Source: a virus | Lineage: Duplodnaviria; Caudoviricetes | IMG/VR virus record: IMGVR_UViG_3300016667_000112 | Location: 1 to 36,404 of that record | Strand: one strand, 5' to 3' | DNA: 36,404 nucleotides | Shown here: one piece after another, positions 9,195 through 18,547 of the stretch | Position numbering within the stretch: the first letter of the stretch is position 1 | How the letters are laid out: every line of letters begins with the position of its first letter | Notes under the pieces: generated by a model | What the model saw: the letters and a program-made list of their open reading frames with translations, nothing else | Told to the model about the DNA's origin: nothing | Databases searched by the model: none | Made by a program: the position numbers and the translations under genes

Positions 9195-9493
9195 ACAGTT
9201 CCCCTATAAGTTTTCCAAACGGCATTTTCAGGATCGTTCAGCCACCTAGCGAAGCCAACCTCATCAATCACGTTAAACCCGCGCATAACCCCTTTTTTGT
9301 TCAGGTCATCAATAACCGTGAACGGGATTCTTGCAACGTGATGTAGCTCGTTTAGATGCCCTGTACGTTGTTTATCGAAATCTAGTTGAGCCTTATTAGC
9401 CTCAATGATTTCGCTAACATCCTGTTTAGTTTCGATGATGATACCGCCATCACCGTCCTCATATACAGTCTGAGTCCTTATAGGTTTACTCAT
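9191..9493 (-). CDS. Conserved hypothetical protein downstream of capsid
   Basis: QDVSEIIEANK...HVARIP...WLNDPEN; coupled to the next gene. Confidence 0.7.
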   Translation of the reverse strand: MSKPIRTQTVYEDGDGGIIIETKQDVSEIIEANKAQLDFDKQRTGHLNELHHVARIPFTVIDDLNKKGVMRGFNVIDEVGFARWLNDPENAVWKTYRGTV

Positions 9494-9504
9494 GTTCCCT
9501 CAAT

Positions 9505-9540
9505 GTAGTTCCCCCGACACTAGGCCGGGGGGTTTACTAC
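9505..9540 (-). other. GC-rich hairpin after the capsid gene (mRNA 3' protection or weak terminator)
   Basis: GTAGT..CCCCCGGC-CTAGT-GTCGGGGG..ACTAC; no U-tract follows. Confidence 0.55.
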
Positions 9541-9544
9541 TTAA

Positions 9545-10489
9545 TTACAGCGACATATCGAGATCGGCAATGATGCCATGAGCGGCCTCATTCTTAACCT
9601 CAAGCGTGACTTCAGCCAGGATCTGGGTCTTATCAGCGTCACCAGCCTTGGCCAGTTCAACGGTCTGGAACGGGCGCAGGTAAGCCAGTGCTGCGTACTC
9701 AGGGTCAAGCACCAGAGCATCACGCGAACGCATAAAGCGGTTCGGGACAACGCTCATCGTGCCAAAGTCCGACATATACACATCAGCGGCTCCGATGATG
9801 GTAGTCGGGGTATTGGCCGGTGCTTGGAAACGCTGTGCAGCGATACCAGCGAACGACGAGACTTTCTGTTTACCAGCAGCACCAACCATCAGGATCTTCG
9901 GCGAGCCGCCCGAGGTGTAAACCTCAGCAACCACGGTTTTCAGCAGTGCCTCGGTAAAGGTACGCTGAGTGCCATCCGTACGGGTCGAAACACCGATGGT
10001 TGCCGGATCTGCACCGCCCGAGCCAACGTCCGAGTTGGTTTTGATCCACGACAGCAGCGAACCAAGTTTACGAGCAGTCGTCGAGCTACCAGCCGAACGG
10101 CCTTGGTTCGACAGCAGGATCGTTTCCAGATCGCGTTTCAGTTCAGACGATGCCTTAGCCAGCTGGTAAGCCTTTTCCGACTTACGGCCAGCCTTGTTCA
10201 CTGCGTCCAGAGTACCGGAAACCTTGATGGTTTTCTCGATGATCTGGGTATAGTTACCGAGGCGAACGGTCGGCGACAGGGTTGCGTCCGATGCGTCAGC
10301 GCCTTCAATCGCAGCGTTAGCCGTGGTTGCAGCAGCCAGCGAGTCAGTCTGCCATTCGTGGTAAACAGCAGTCGCTTTAGTCTTGCCAATAGACGACATA
10401 AACGGAGTTTCGGTCGGGCTGATGTTATAGATAACATCGGTCAGATCTTCACGTTGGCCAATGGCCGAATGAGCGGTATAAGTTGCCAT
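9545..10489 (-). CDS. Major capsid protein (SU10/DUF5309-like, HK97 fold)
   Basis: REDLTDVIYNISPTETPF, HEWQTDSL, NYTQI and ELKRDLE motifs; follows scaffold. Confidence 0.9.
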   Translation of the reverse strand: MATYTAHSAIGQREDLTDVIYNISPTETPFMSSIGKTKATAVYHEWQTDSLAAATTANAAIEGADASDATLSPTVRLGNYTQIIEKTIKVSGTLDAVNKAGRKSEKAYQLAKASSELKRDLETILLSNQGRSAGSSTTARKLGSLLSWIKTNSDVGSGGADPATIGVSTRTDGTQRTFTEALLKTVVAEVYTSGGSPKILMVGAAGKQKVSSFAGIAAQRFQAPANTPTTIIGAADVYMSDFGTMSVVPNRFMRSRDALVLDPEYAALAYLRPFQTVELAKAGDADKTQILAEVTLEVKNEAAHGIIADLDMSL

Positions 10490-10501
10490 GATTTATTTCC
10501 T

Positions 10502-11482
10502 TTACAAGAATCGTTCAAAAACGGCTGCGGCATCTGCAACTCGTCCAGAGCTACGCGCCTTAGCCTTCAGTTTCTTCAGTTCTTCGCTATTGCTATCACG
10601 GATTTGTGCTACGCCAGGCTTAATGGCTTTAGGCGCTTCATTAACCTTTTTCGTAATATTTGGCTTTGCAGATTGCAATTTGTCATACTGCATAGCCTTC
10701 CATAGAGTCAAAACCGCGCGACTGTCATAGACATTCGCAAGTTCCTCATCAGAAAAACCTAGTTGCTTCCCGTAATTACGAATCTCTTTACGGACAACAT
10801 CACCTTTTTGCGGATCAACAAACTCAGGCAATACAGCTGCAAGTTTCTGCGCTTCCTCTGCTACTTTTTGTTGCAAAGTCTGCTGCTGCTCTTGCATCTG
10901 TTGTTGCATGATACGCTCACGCTCTGCACGAACCTGAGCTAGTTGCTTCTCACGCTGCGAAAGTTCTGCGACCTTAACGGCATAACCGATAGGATCGTTC
11001 TCTTTCAAAAAGTCTAGATTTTCCGTTTCCGGCTGTTGATTCAGCATCTGCTCAATCAGTTGCAGCCGTTGCGCGTACTGATCCCTCAGTACCTTAGCTT
11101 CCTCAATACGCTGGCGTTCTGCTTCTACAGCCTTGCGCTCTTCTGCTACCGTCTGCGATTTCTTCGTGTAATCAGTGCCAAGCTGATAACCTTTAATGAG
11201 TTCGTCTAGCGTCACCTCGCGTTCTTCGCCAGCGGCTTTCACGCGGTATTTCGGTTGCTCTACTTGTTCATCGTTATCTTCTTGTTCTACCTCTGCATCG
11301 TCGGAATAATCCTCAGATTCGTCAGATTCGGCCTCGCTATCGTTGGCTTCGGCTTGGAGTTCGGATTGTCCATTGTCGGAGTCCTCATCACCACCCATAA
11401 GGCCCAAGATAGCGTTAGCTGCACCGTTAACGTCCAACTGTGCATTTCCCTGCTCGGGAGTCATGCCATCAGTATCGCTCAT
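10502..11482 (-). CDS. Capsid scaffolding protein
   Basis: Acidic N-terminus, YRVKAAGEEREVTLDELIKGYQLGTDYTKK, long coiled coil. Confidence 0.85.
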   Translation of the reverse strand: MSDTDGMTPEQGNAQLDVNGAANAILGLMGGDEDSDNGQSELQAEANDSEAESDESEDYSDDAEVEQEDNDEQVEQPKYRVKAAGEEREVTLDELIKGYQLGTDYTKKSQTVAEERKAVEAERQRIEEAKVLRDQYAQRLQLIEQMLNQQPETENLDFLKENDPIGYAVKVAELSQREKQLAQVRAERERIMQQQMQEQQQTLQQKVAEEAQKLAAVLPEFVDPQKGDVVRKEIRNYGKQLGFSDEELANVYDSRAVLTLWKAMQYDKLQSAKPNITKKVNEAPKAIKPGVAQIRDSNSEELKKLKAKARSSGRVADAAAVFERFL

Positions 11483-11507
11483 CGTATTTCCTTAATTATA
11501 AGGTTGG

Positions 11508-11738
11508 TTAAAAAATCTTAAAACGCTTTTTGTCAATTAGTTTATCAGCTGCAATGCTTTGCAGATGATTACTAATACTGTCCAACACATTAATCCGCAA
11601 GTAACAATCTTCTCTAACGTTAACATCATCAGCGTTAGATGTAAGAAACCTTGTCATTTGTTCTGACTTTAGAGTATCCATCATTTCTTTAAACATCGGA
11701 TCCAATAGCAGATTATTAGCCCACGCCGCTTTATCCAT
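11508..11738 (-). CDS. Small conserved head-region protein
   Basis: 76-aa helical ORF between portal region and scaffold, translationally coupled. Confidence 0.65.
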   Translation of the reverse strand: MDKAAWANNLLLDPMFKEMMDTLKSEQMTRFLTSNADDVNVREDCYLRINVLDSISNHLQSIAADKLIDKKRFKIF

Positions 11739-12121
11739 TATTCCCCCAAAAGGCCAGAAAATGCACCAATAGGAATTCTTAGCTCAGTAGGTGTTGCAAA
11801 TGGATCTTGACCAAGTGATCTGCGATATTCTGCCCATTGTTCAGCTTTTCTGTACATATCCTCAGTTGGCCTCTCCATACTAATTAAATATTCAATATCT
11901 GATTTTGTCATGTTTGGAGACAACATAGGATAACTGCGACCAAACTCATCAGTAGATGAAATTTCAGTAGAGTAACCTTCTGGAGATTGGATTAAACCAA
12001 AATATCCCTTACCTTTTATGCTGAGTGGCTCATTTGCTCTTTCAGCAAACCTAGCACCATAGGATGTAATACCATCCTTAACTATGTAATCAAGCAATTG
12101 ATAAAGGCTTCTATTATCCAT
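11738..12121 (-). CDS. Accessory protein after portal (putative injected effector), ends in GLLGE
   Basis: AT-richer than portal; KGKGYFG..STEIS..KAEQWA..R..G.DPF pattern; TAATG coupling at both ends. Confidence 0.6.
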   Translation of the reverse strand: MDNRSLYQLLDYIVKDGITSYGARFAERANEPLSIKGKGYFGLIQSPEGYSTEISSTDEFGRSYPMLSPNMTKSDIEYLISMERPTEDMYRKAEQWAEYRRSLGQDPFATPTELRIPIGAFSGLLGE

Positions 12122-14220
12122 TATCGCATCCCGGTGATATTACCAAGCTCTTTAATCGCTTTTAGAACAATCTCAGCCTGTTTATTGCGAGTCTGTTCAT
12201 CAGCAATATCCATAGCCAGAATAGCCTGAAGCTGCTGCACTGCAACCTGAGCCTCTTTAATCTTGAGTTCGGCTTGTTGACGCTGACTTTGCATCTGCAT
12301 CTCGATGCCCTTCTTGGTAAATTCAGCCTCTAGCTGCTGACGCTCAAGATCCAACTTGGCAGCGTCAATCTGCGCCTTGGCTTGCATCTTTTCACGCTCA
12401 ACCTGGGCAAATAGTTCTGCGGCTTGTGCTTGCGCGTCTGGTGCTGGCGGCTTAGGCTGCGACAATTGCGCGTCCATCTCTGGAGTAATCTCGTTCATGA
12501 ATGCGCTTGCGTCCTTGAAACCAGCGGCCTCAATGAGCCGTGCCAGAGTGTTGCGGTACTGGCCAACGCTAACCAGCGGATTAGATGGGCCGAACTGCTG
12601 AAGAATCTGCTCTTGTTTCTGAAGAATCATTTGCAGCATTGCCAGCTTCTGCTCACGGTCGCCAGAGCCTAGGCCAACGTTAACCGATACATCGTATTCA
12701 TTCGTCCAAGTGCGCGGATCAAACTGAACAAACTTGCCACGCATGCGAACCAGCTTAGGTTTGTCCTGATATTTGCCCAGCAGATGCAGAATCCCTTTAA
12801 ACAGGGACTTAACGCCAGTTTCAGCAAAGATTCGCGCAATCAACTCCAGCTTGCCCGAGTTAGACTTCATCATCGCAGCAACAGCGGTCGCGCTGACATT
12901 ATTCAAAACGTCAGGGTCAAGACCTTGTTGCGCGTCACTAACACCAGTTCGCTTAGCTTGCACAGCGTCCAGATACTCAAGCATCGGGAACGCCTGAGCA
13001 GTCACCGCAGGAACTTGAATCGGAACCATTGCGTTCGGATTCTTCATGCGAATAACGCCGCCAGGAGTGGCGTTAAGCATATCGTCAATGTTTACCTGCC
13101 CATCGACAACGCCTACCCGAGCATTGTTCGTTAAATACAGGTTATCCAGCATCTGACGGGTTACCGTGGACTTGATAAGCTGAATATCCATCGTGCGGTC
13201 AGCGAGTGACTGTCCAAAGAACTTGTGCGGAATATGGATAGGGCACACGGCATGGAACGGAACGTAATCGCACTCATCGTCATCTAGAATTTCGGCGCCA
13301 GCGTAAACAATACGGCGAAGCTCGGCAATTCCATCCTCATTTTCGTCAATGCGGATATAGCACTCAAATACCTCGATTGTCTGCATTGCATGGTCAAGGC
13401 TAGTGTCTTCGTCAGGCTGCTCACCCTGAGAGAATCGAGCAACGCGCTCAGGCGTAAATTGCAGGTCATCGTAAGACGGCAATCCGTCCACAACCTTTTT
13501 ATCGTAGCCAAGCGCAATAAGCTCGGAGCGCGTCATAAAACGACGATGCGCGACAAACGGCGATTCCTTAATAGTCCGAGCGGATTTAGAGATAATGAAT
13601 TCTTCCGGCGGTACGTTCTCAATCTTTACGCAGCCGTACTTCTTTACAGAGCGAACCTTAACTTCATAAACGGGAACTTGAATCGGCATGCCCATAGGGT
13701 CAATACCACCTTCAATAAACTCCACTTCCTGTTCAACAACCTCAAGAGACCCGTCAGACAGAAGCATTGCAAGCTCATCTTCTGACAGGTTCTTGTATTT
13801 CTCTACATTAACGTCCTCTTTCTTCTCCCAATAAGCCTTAACCACGCCAACCTTTTGCAGCAGCGCGTCTTTAAACCAATTGTGGAGAATCAGGAGGCCA
13901 TCGTTTTCGCGGTAGAAAACCCAATTGCAATAATCCGTGGCTTGCTTGGCAGTTTCTTCGTCGCCAGGCGATTGCGGCTCGAAGTAAACAATATCTTCCG
14001 TAGTAGTAAACACACGGATTAGTTGCGGCAGTGCGCCATCAATTGCTTCAGCAACTTCTCCTGTAACAATCTGGCTCCGGCCTTCAATTTCATTGCCGTA
14101 TGGATTGCGCAGGTAAAAATCAAGGGCTTTTCGACGCGCCTCAGTCGTTTCTGTCTCGATAAAACCAATAGCATTATCGATTTCATTATCAAGAATGCCT
14201 TTAATTTGTCCTGAATCCAT
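12121..14220 (-). CDS. Portal protein (P22-like, long C-terminal barrel)
   Basis: 699 aa after TerL; FKDALLQKVGVVK and IENVPPEEF motifs; Q-rich coiled-coil C-terminus. Confidence 0.9.
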   Translation of the reverse strand: MDSGQIKGILDNEIDNAIGFIETETTEARRKALDFYLRNPYGNEIEGRSQIVTGEVAEAIDGALPQLIRVFTTTEDIVYFEPQSPGDEETAKQATDYCNWVFYRENDGLLILHNWFKDALLQKVGVVKAYWEKKEDVNVEKYKNLSEDELAMLLSDGSLEVVEQEVEFIEGGIDPMGMPIQVPVYEVKVRSVKKYGCVKIENVPPEEFIISKSARTIKESPFVAHRRFMTRSELIALGYDKKVVDGLPSYDDLQFTPERVARFSQGEQPDEDTSLDHAMQTIEVFECYIRIDENEDGIAELRRIVYAGAEILDDDECDYVPFHAVCPIHIPHKFFGQSLADRTMDIQLIKSTVTRQMLDNLYLTNNARVGVVDGQVNIDDMLNATPGGVIRMKNPNAMVPIQVPAVTAQAFPMLEYLDAVQAKRTGVSDAQQGLDPDVLNNVSATAVAAMMKSNSGKLELIARIFAETGVKSLFKGILHLLGKYQDKPKLVRMRGKFVQFDPRTWTNEYDVSVNVGLGSGDREQKLAMLQMILQKQEQILQQFGPSNPLVSVGQYRNTLARLIEAAGFKDASAFMNEITPEMDAQLSQPKPPAPDAQAQAAELFAQVEREKMQAKAQIDAAKLDLERQQLEAEFTKKGIEMQMQSQRQQAELKIKEAQVAVQQLQAILAMDIADEQTRNKQAEIVLKAIKELGNITGMR

Positions 14221-14249
14221 AGCTTGCCCTTAATGGCTAATTTTTGCCA

Positions 14250-15506
14250 TTATACAATCCAATTTGTCTTAATAGGCAAAGTTGATTGCCACGAACTATC
14301 TGATTCGTCAAGACCTATCGCCAAGTATCTAAATGCGTCAGAGAAATGGCTAGACCAGTCATGCAACGGCTTATCGTAATAAACGCTGCGCCGCTCCTCA
14401 AACTCACGCCTATAGTTCCGCAGAGCATTTAGCCCATTCTTTGTCCGTGCATGAAACCAGCAACGCGGAATCAACCTACGAACGGCTTGGATCCCGTCAG
14501 CAACGCTGAGTCTCGGGCATACAGTAATATCCAGCCCTGCATCCATTAGTACCTCTTTACGGCTTCTTCCCGTGCCAAGCTCCCTTACCTCCACGTCATG
14601 CGGAAGAATCTGGCTGTAAGTCTGGTATTTGTGTTCGCGCAACCAGTTAACGTACCAATCCAGCCCAACGCCATGATTCTCTACGCAATCAATTAGGCGG
14701 ACTTCCTTGCCAGCAATTTGTGCAACCCATAGTGCAGTCGAATCCCCCATACCAAGATCCCACGCAACAAAGCTGCGGCACAAATCGTCAGTAGGAAACT
14801 CAGTAATGCGACCAAGCCCTTCAATATCGTTAATGAGTTTGCCGTAGTAACTCCCCTCAACTGCTGCATTGAACGAACACTCAAATTCCTGGTTGTACTT
14901 ATCCTCGCCCATTTCATGCTGCGCGGCCTTTAACTCTGACGCTGGCAGTACGCCAGTCTGAGAGGCTTTGAACTCTAGCAGCGCCCAATCTGGCGATTCT
15001 TCAGCCCTGTCTCGCAGGTCTTTAAAGTGGTTGTTGCCTTTAGGTGTACCGATAAACAACGCCCATCCAGCTCTGTCAGCTAGTGCCGGGCGGATAATCT
15101 CGTTCCAAATCTTGGGGTTTTGGTCGCCAACCTCATCGATAACCACGCCATCAAAGTACTGACCACGCAGGGAATCTGGGTTGTCCGATCCGTAAAGAGA
15201 TATACGCCTACCCCAAAAGTCCACCCTAAGTTCAGCAATGTTTGGCACAGCCTTCAGTGGCCGAGTAAACTCTAGGACGTAATCCCATGCAACTCGCTTG
15301 GCTTGGCTGTACGTTGGGGCAATGTAGGCAAAGCGCGGATTAGGCTTATCGCACTCGATTGCGGCCTTGATAAGATGATTGATTGCGCTAACAGTTTTCC
15401 CCATTCTTCGATGGGCCACAACTACAGAGAACCGATGGCTATCAATAGCCTCGTGGATTTGCCGCTGCTGCTCTCGCGGCTTGTAAGGGATAACTATTTC
15501 TGCCAT
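14250..15506 (-). CDS. terL: Terminase large subunit
   Basis: Walker A HRRMGKT, YIAPTYSQAK, Walker B VVIDE, IGTPKG, nuclease WDLG...D and HDWSSHFSDAFRY. Confidence 0.95.
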   Translation of the reverse strand: MAEIVIPYKPREQQRQIHEAIDSHRFSVVVAHRRMGKTVSAINHLIKAAIECDKPNPRFAYIAPTYSQAKRVAWDYVLEFTRPLKAVPNIAELRVDFWGRRISLYGSDNPDSLRGQYFDGVVIDEVGDQNPKIWNEIIRPALADRAGWALFIGTPKGNNHFKDLRDRAEESPDWALLEFKASQTGVLPASELKAAQHEMGEDKYNQEFECSFNAAVEGSYYGKLINDIEGLGRITEFPTDDLCRSFVAWDLGMGDSTALWVAQIAGKEVRLIDCVENHGVGLDWYVNWLREHKYQTYSQILPHDVEVRELGTGRSRKEVLMDAGLDITVCPRLSVADGIQAVRRLIPRCWFHARTKNGLNALRNYRREFEERRSVYYDKPLHDWSSHFSDAFRYLAIGLDESDSSWQSTLPIKTNWIV

Positions 15507-15817
15507 GTGATTGTGTGCTGTTGCGCTCCACCATCAGGGCCGCTTACCTCTTGCTTCTGTGTTTCAGCCCACCGCATTTGCGCTTTAGTCCACCATATCA
15601 ATGCCGTTGTATCGCCGCTTTGCGCCTTGTTGAACAGCGTTTTTGCTATTTGTGCGCTTGCTTTGGCTTTGCCAAGATCCAATTCCGCGCGGTAATGCTT
15701 TCGCAGCGTCTTATCCTCAATGCCAATAAGCGCGGCTATTTGCTCATGTGGCAAGCCAAGACCAGCCGATGTTTCGACTAGCTTCCTTTGCTCATCCGTA
15801 GGTTTATGCTCTACCAT
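15494..15817 (-). CDS. terS: Terminase small subunit
   Basis: ATG at 15817 (MVEHKPT); HTH IAALIGIEDKTLRKHY, GDTTALIWWTK, EVSGPDGG tail; overlaps terL start. Confidence 0.8.
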   Translation of the reverse strand: MVEHKPTDEQRKLVETSAGLGLPHEQIAALIGIEDKTLRKHYRAELDLGKAKASAQIAKTLFNKAQSGDTTALIWWTKAQMRWAETQKQEVSGPDGGAQQHTITWQK

Positions 15818-15834
15818 TTTATTGAGGGTAAATG

Positions 15835-17028
15835 TTACTCGTCTGTTAATAATACGGCTTTCTTGCCGGTGAAATCTTCCCATCTCTTTACTATAACGTC
15901 ACAGTATTTAGGGTCTAGTTCCATTAGCCTTGCTTGCCTCCCTAGTTTCTCACAAGCAATCATTGTGCTTCCTGATCCGCCAAAAAAATCCATCACAATA
16001 GAATTTGTATTAGATGAAATTAAAAGCTGATTTTCTATCATTGCAACTGGTTTCATTGTTGGATGAAGTCCAGCTTCTCTACCAAATTCTAGGCATTTTG
16101 AATAATTAGCATTTTTTAAAGCATTATTCCAAATTGCAGACTTTCTAAAAAATAATAAATATTCAACATCAGGTCTATGTTGTCCACCTAATGGAATTGC
16201 ATTAGGCTTTTTCCAAAACAATATATTAAAGTTATATCCAGCCTCAACGCCCCACTTTAAATAATCTGGAACTAAATCTTTATTGCAAAATATATATGCG
16301 TTTAATTTATTTTTATCAAAAACTGTCGGCAAAGTATTTAAAAATGCAATTGGGTCAAAATCACATAAATGTTTGATTGCTTCGCCTAATTTTGCCGCAG
16401 CGCGACCAATTGGTTGATTGCTGCCACCCTCAGCTTCCATCCTATAAGGAGGATCAGTAAACACCATATCGGCTTTCTGACCATCCATCAATTTCTCTAC
16501 CGCATCAATGCTCGTGCTATCCCCACACATTAACCGATGATTGCCAAGTTGATAAATATCGCCAAGCTTTGTCTTAGCCTCTATAGGAACATCAGGTACA
16601 GCATCTTCGTCCGTTAATCCATCTACCTTTTCAGGCTCCAGCAGCTTATCTAACTCTTTAGGGTCGAATCCGAGTATATCCATCTCGAACCCTTGCTCTT
16701 TTAAGTCAGCAAGCTCCAAAGACAATATAGAAGCATCCCAACCAGCATTCATAGCTAATTGATTGTCGGCAATAACGTAAGCCTTCTTCTGGCTTTCCGT
16801 CATGTGCGCCAACTCAATAACAGGAACCTCTTTGTTACCTAACTTTCTTGCCGCCAATAGCCTACCGTGGCCAGCTATAACGCCGTTCTCGCCGTCAATA
16901 AGGATAGGATTAGTCCAGCCGAATTCTTTAATACTGGCTGCGATTTGGGCTACCTGAGCGTCAGAATGTGTGCGGCTATTCTTGACGTAAGGAATTAATT
17001 TTTCTATAGAAACAGTTTTAATTTGCAA
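15835..17028 (-). CDS. ParB-like N-terminal domain fused to beta-class N6-A/N4-C DNA methyltransferase
   Basis: ParB: SIKEFGWTNPILID..IAGHGR; MTase: FTDPPY, HPTMKP, DFFGGSGST, MELDPKYCDVIVKRW. Confidence 0.9.
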   Translation of the reverse strand: MQIKTVSIEKLIPYVKNSRTHSDAQVAQIAASIKEFGWTNPILIDGENGVIAGHGRLLAARKLGNKEVPVIELAHMTESQKKAYVIADNQLAMNAGWDASILSLELADLKEQGFEMDILGFDPKELDKLLEPEKVDGLTDEDAVPDVPIEAKTKLGDIYQLGNHRLMCGDSTSIDAVEKLMDGQKADMVFTDPPYRMEAEGGSNQPIGRAAAKLGEAIKHLCDFDPIAFLNTLPTVFDKNKLNAYIFCNKDLVPDYLKWGVEAGYNFNILFWKKPNAIPLGGQHRPDVEYLLFFRKSAIWNNALKNANYSKCLEFGREAGLHPTMKPVAMIENQLLISSNTNSIVMDFFGGSGSTMIACEKLGRQARLMELDPKYCDVIVKRWEDFTGKKAVLLTDE

Positions 17029-17069
17029 TTTGCACTACCTTTAGGTGTCATGCTGTTACTTTGATTTAA

Positions 17070-17768
17070 TTATTTAGGCTTTCTCATCATTACTGGTTCG
17101 CCTAAAACATTTACTTTTTCGCCAGTTGGCTCAAACCCAAACTTTTGATAAAAATTAACTAATTTGTCTAGTCTTGTTTTTTTATCAAGTGGGCTAGCAT
17201 CTAGTTTAATTGGTATTCCATACTTGTCTGCTTTTTGAACAATTTGATTCATCGCCTCAGTAGCAGAACCTTGACCTCTTTTTGATTGTGGAGTTCTAAG
17301 GCTAAATATTTTTAAAATACCATCATCGCCTAATTGATAAGAAACTGTGCTATTCCCAATTTTTTCATAAACTATGCCCTTCCCAAATGGATTGTTACTT
17401 ATTGACGGCTTTGGTGGATTAGGCGCAACCGGATTGTTTACCCATGAAAGATCGGTTGGAATTCTTTCTGACTGAATTTGACGAATATCAGCTATTGCTT
17501 GTTGATTTGGCGTAAGCAATCCTTTTGGCTTAATGCTTCCTTGAAATTGCGCCAAGTTAAACATCTTTTGATAGTACGGCGTTTGCGTAATATCTGCGCC
17601 AGAGCGTTGCGCTAATCTAAACTGTTGTTCTTCTTCTTTGGTCGGGAAATACCTAGCAGCCGTCTCGCTAGCAAACTGATTCGGGTCAGACATAAGCAAC
17701 CCCAACCCACGCTTAGTAGTCTGGTATTGGTCTTTTATCGCTTGCGTTACGCTATCAAGTAATCCCAT
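17070..17768 (-). CDS. MGLL-leader protein with C-terminal GNAT acetyltransferase domain
   Basis: Acetyl-CoA motif KRGQGSA and LVNFYQKFGF; N-terminal MGLLD..GLGLL. Confidence 0.75.
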   Translation of the reverse strand: MGLLDSVTQAIKDQYQTTKRGLGLLMSDPNQFASETAARYFPTKEEEQQFRLAQRSGADITQTPYYQKMFNLAQFQGSIKPKGLLTPNQQAIADIRQIQSERIPTDLSWVNNPVAPNPPKPSISNNPFGKGIVYEKIGNSTVSYQLGDDGILKIFSLRTPQSKRGQGSATEAMNQIVQKADKYGIPIKLDASPLDKKTRLDKLVNFYQKFGFEPTGEKVNVLGEPVMMRKPK

Positions 17769-18468
17769 ATATAGCCTCGTACATATCCGGCCGATTGGCC
17801 TTTATCCATTCTCTTGGTTCCTCATGGCATTTTGCGAAGTCATCCCCTACTGTTTGACTTCCCGCGTGATGCACATAAGCCCTCGATACAAAATGCTGAT
17901 AGCCTAGTTTCGCCATATCAGCACAGATAATGTTATCAGAATACCAGTTAGTACTAGGAAACTTTACTTTATCCCAAACATCTCGTTTTACTACAGCAAA
18001 GATAGGCGCGATAACATCTGCCAGCTTAATGCTTTGCTCTGAAGCGTACCGCAGTCCGATGGCCTCATCATTTGCCACTGGAAACCTAATATTCTGTGCT
18101 TCTAGTACGTAATCTGATCTTGCGCCAAGAAAACCATAACTAAATCCTCTAGTCTCCAATAGCTTTGCATCTTCCTTAAGCATAGCAATGGCTGTAGGCG
18201 TAAGCACAACATCGTCATTTGCCAGGATTACACTATCAAAACCACCGTGCTCAAACGCATGTGTTACAGCAGCGTTATACGCATCACCAAAGTTGTTAGC
18301 TATGTTCTCAGTCCATACGGCATTAGGAAGCCGCATTTTTACTTGGTCATACATTTCCAAGCCACGGCCAGAGACATACACTAATAGCTCTGGCGCATAC
18401 TGCCTGATACTTTCAAGCAATATGTATAGACCTTTGTTTCCTACTGAGCAAATTACGATTGCTTGCAT
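17755..18468 (-). CDS. Glycosyltransferase family 2-like protein
   Basis: NFGDAYNAAV, VILANDDVVL, WYSDNIIC, YVHHAGSQT. Confidence 0.75.
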   Translation of the reverse strand: MQAIVICSVGNKGLYILLESIRQYAPELLVYVSGRGLEMYDQVKMRLPNAVWTENIANNFGDAYNAAVTHAFEHGGFDSVILANDDVVLTPTAIAMLKEDAKLLETRGFSYGFLGARSDYVLEAQNIRFPVANDEAIGLRYASEQSIKLADVIAPIFAVVKRDVWDKVKFPSTNWYSDNIICADMAKLGYQHFVSRAYVHHAGSQTVGDDFAKCHEEPREWIKANRPDMYEAIYGIT

Positions 18469-18491
18469 CAATCAATAATCATTATCCAAAG

Positions 18492-18527
18492 AAAAAAAGC
18501 GTTGACCAAGATGCTTAAAGTCAACGC
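18492..18527 (-). terminator. Rho-independent terminator
   Basis: Minus strand GCGTTGAC-13 nt-GTCAACGC followed by TTTTTTT. Confidence 0.75.
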
Positions 18528-18547
18528 AACCACCAGGAGCCTATCAA

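Noticed and set aside
9578-10705. 375-aa plus-strand ORF
   Set aside because: Antisense shadow of the capsid/scaffold genes; no recognisable motifs
11495-11536. TTGACA and TATAAT upstream of the scaffold gene (minus strand)
   Set aside because: About 30 nt apart, too far for a sigma70 promoter; TATAAT alone is weak evidence
15818-15883. Longer terS start
   Set aside because: Overlaps the methylase 3' end; the recognisable domain begins at ATG 15817
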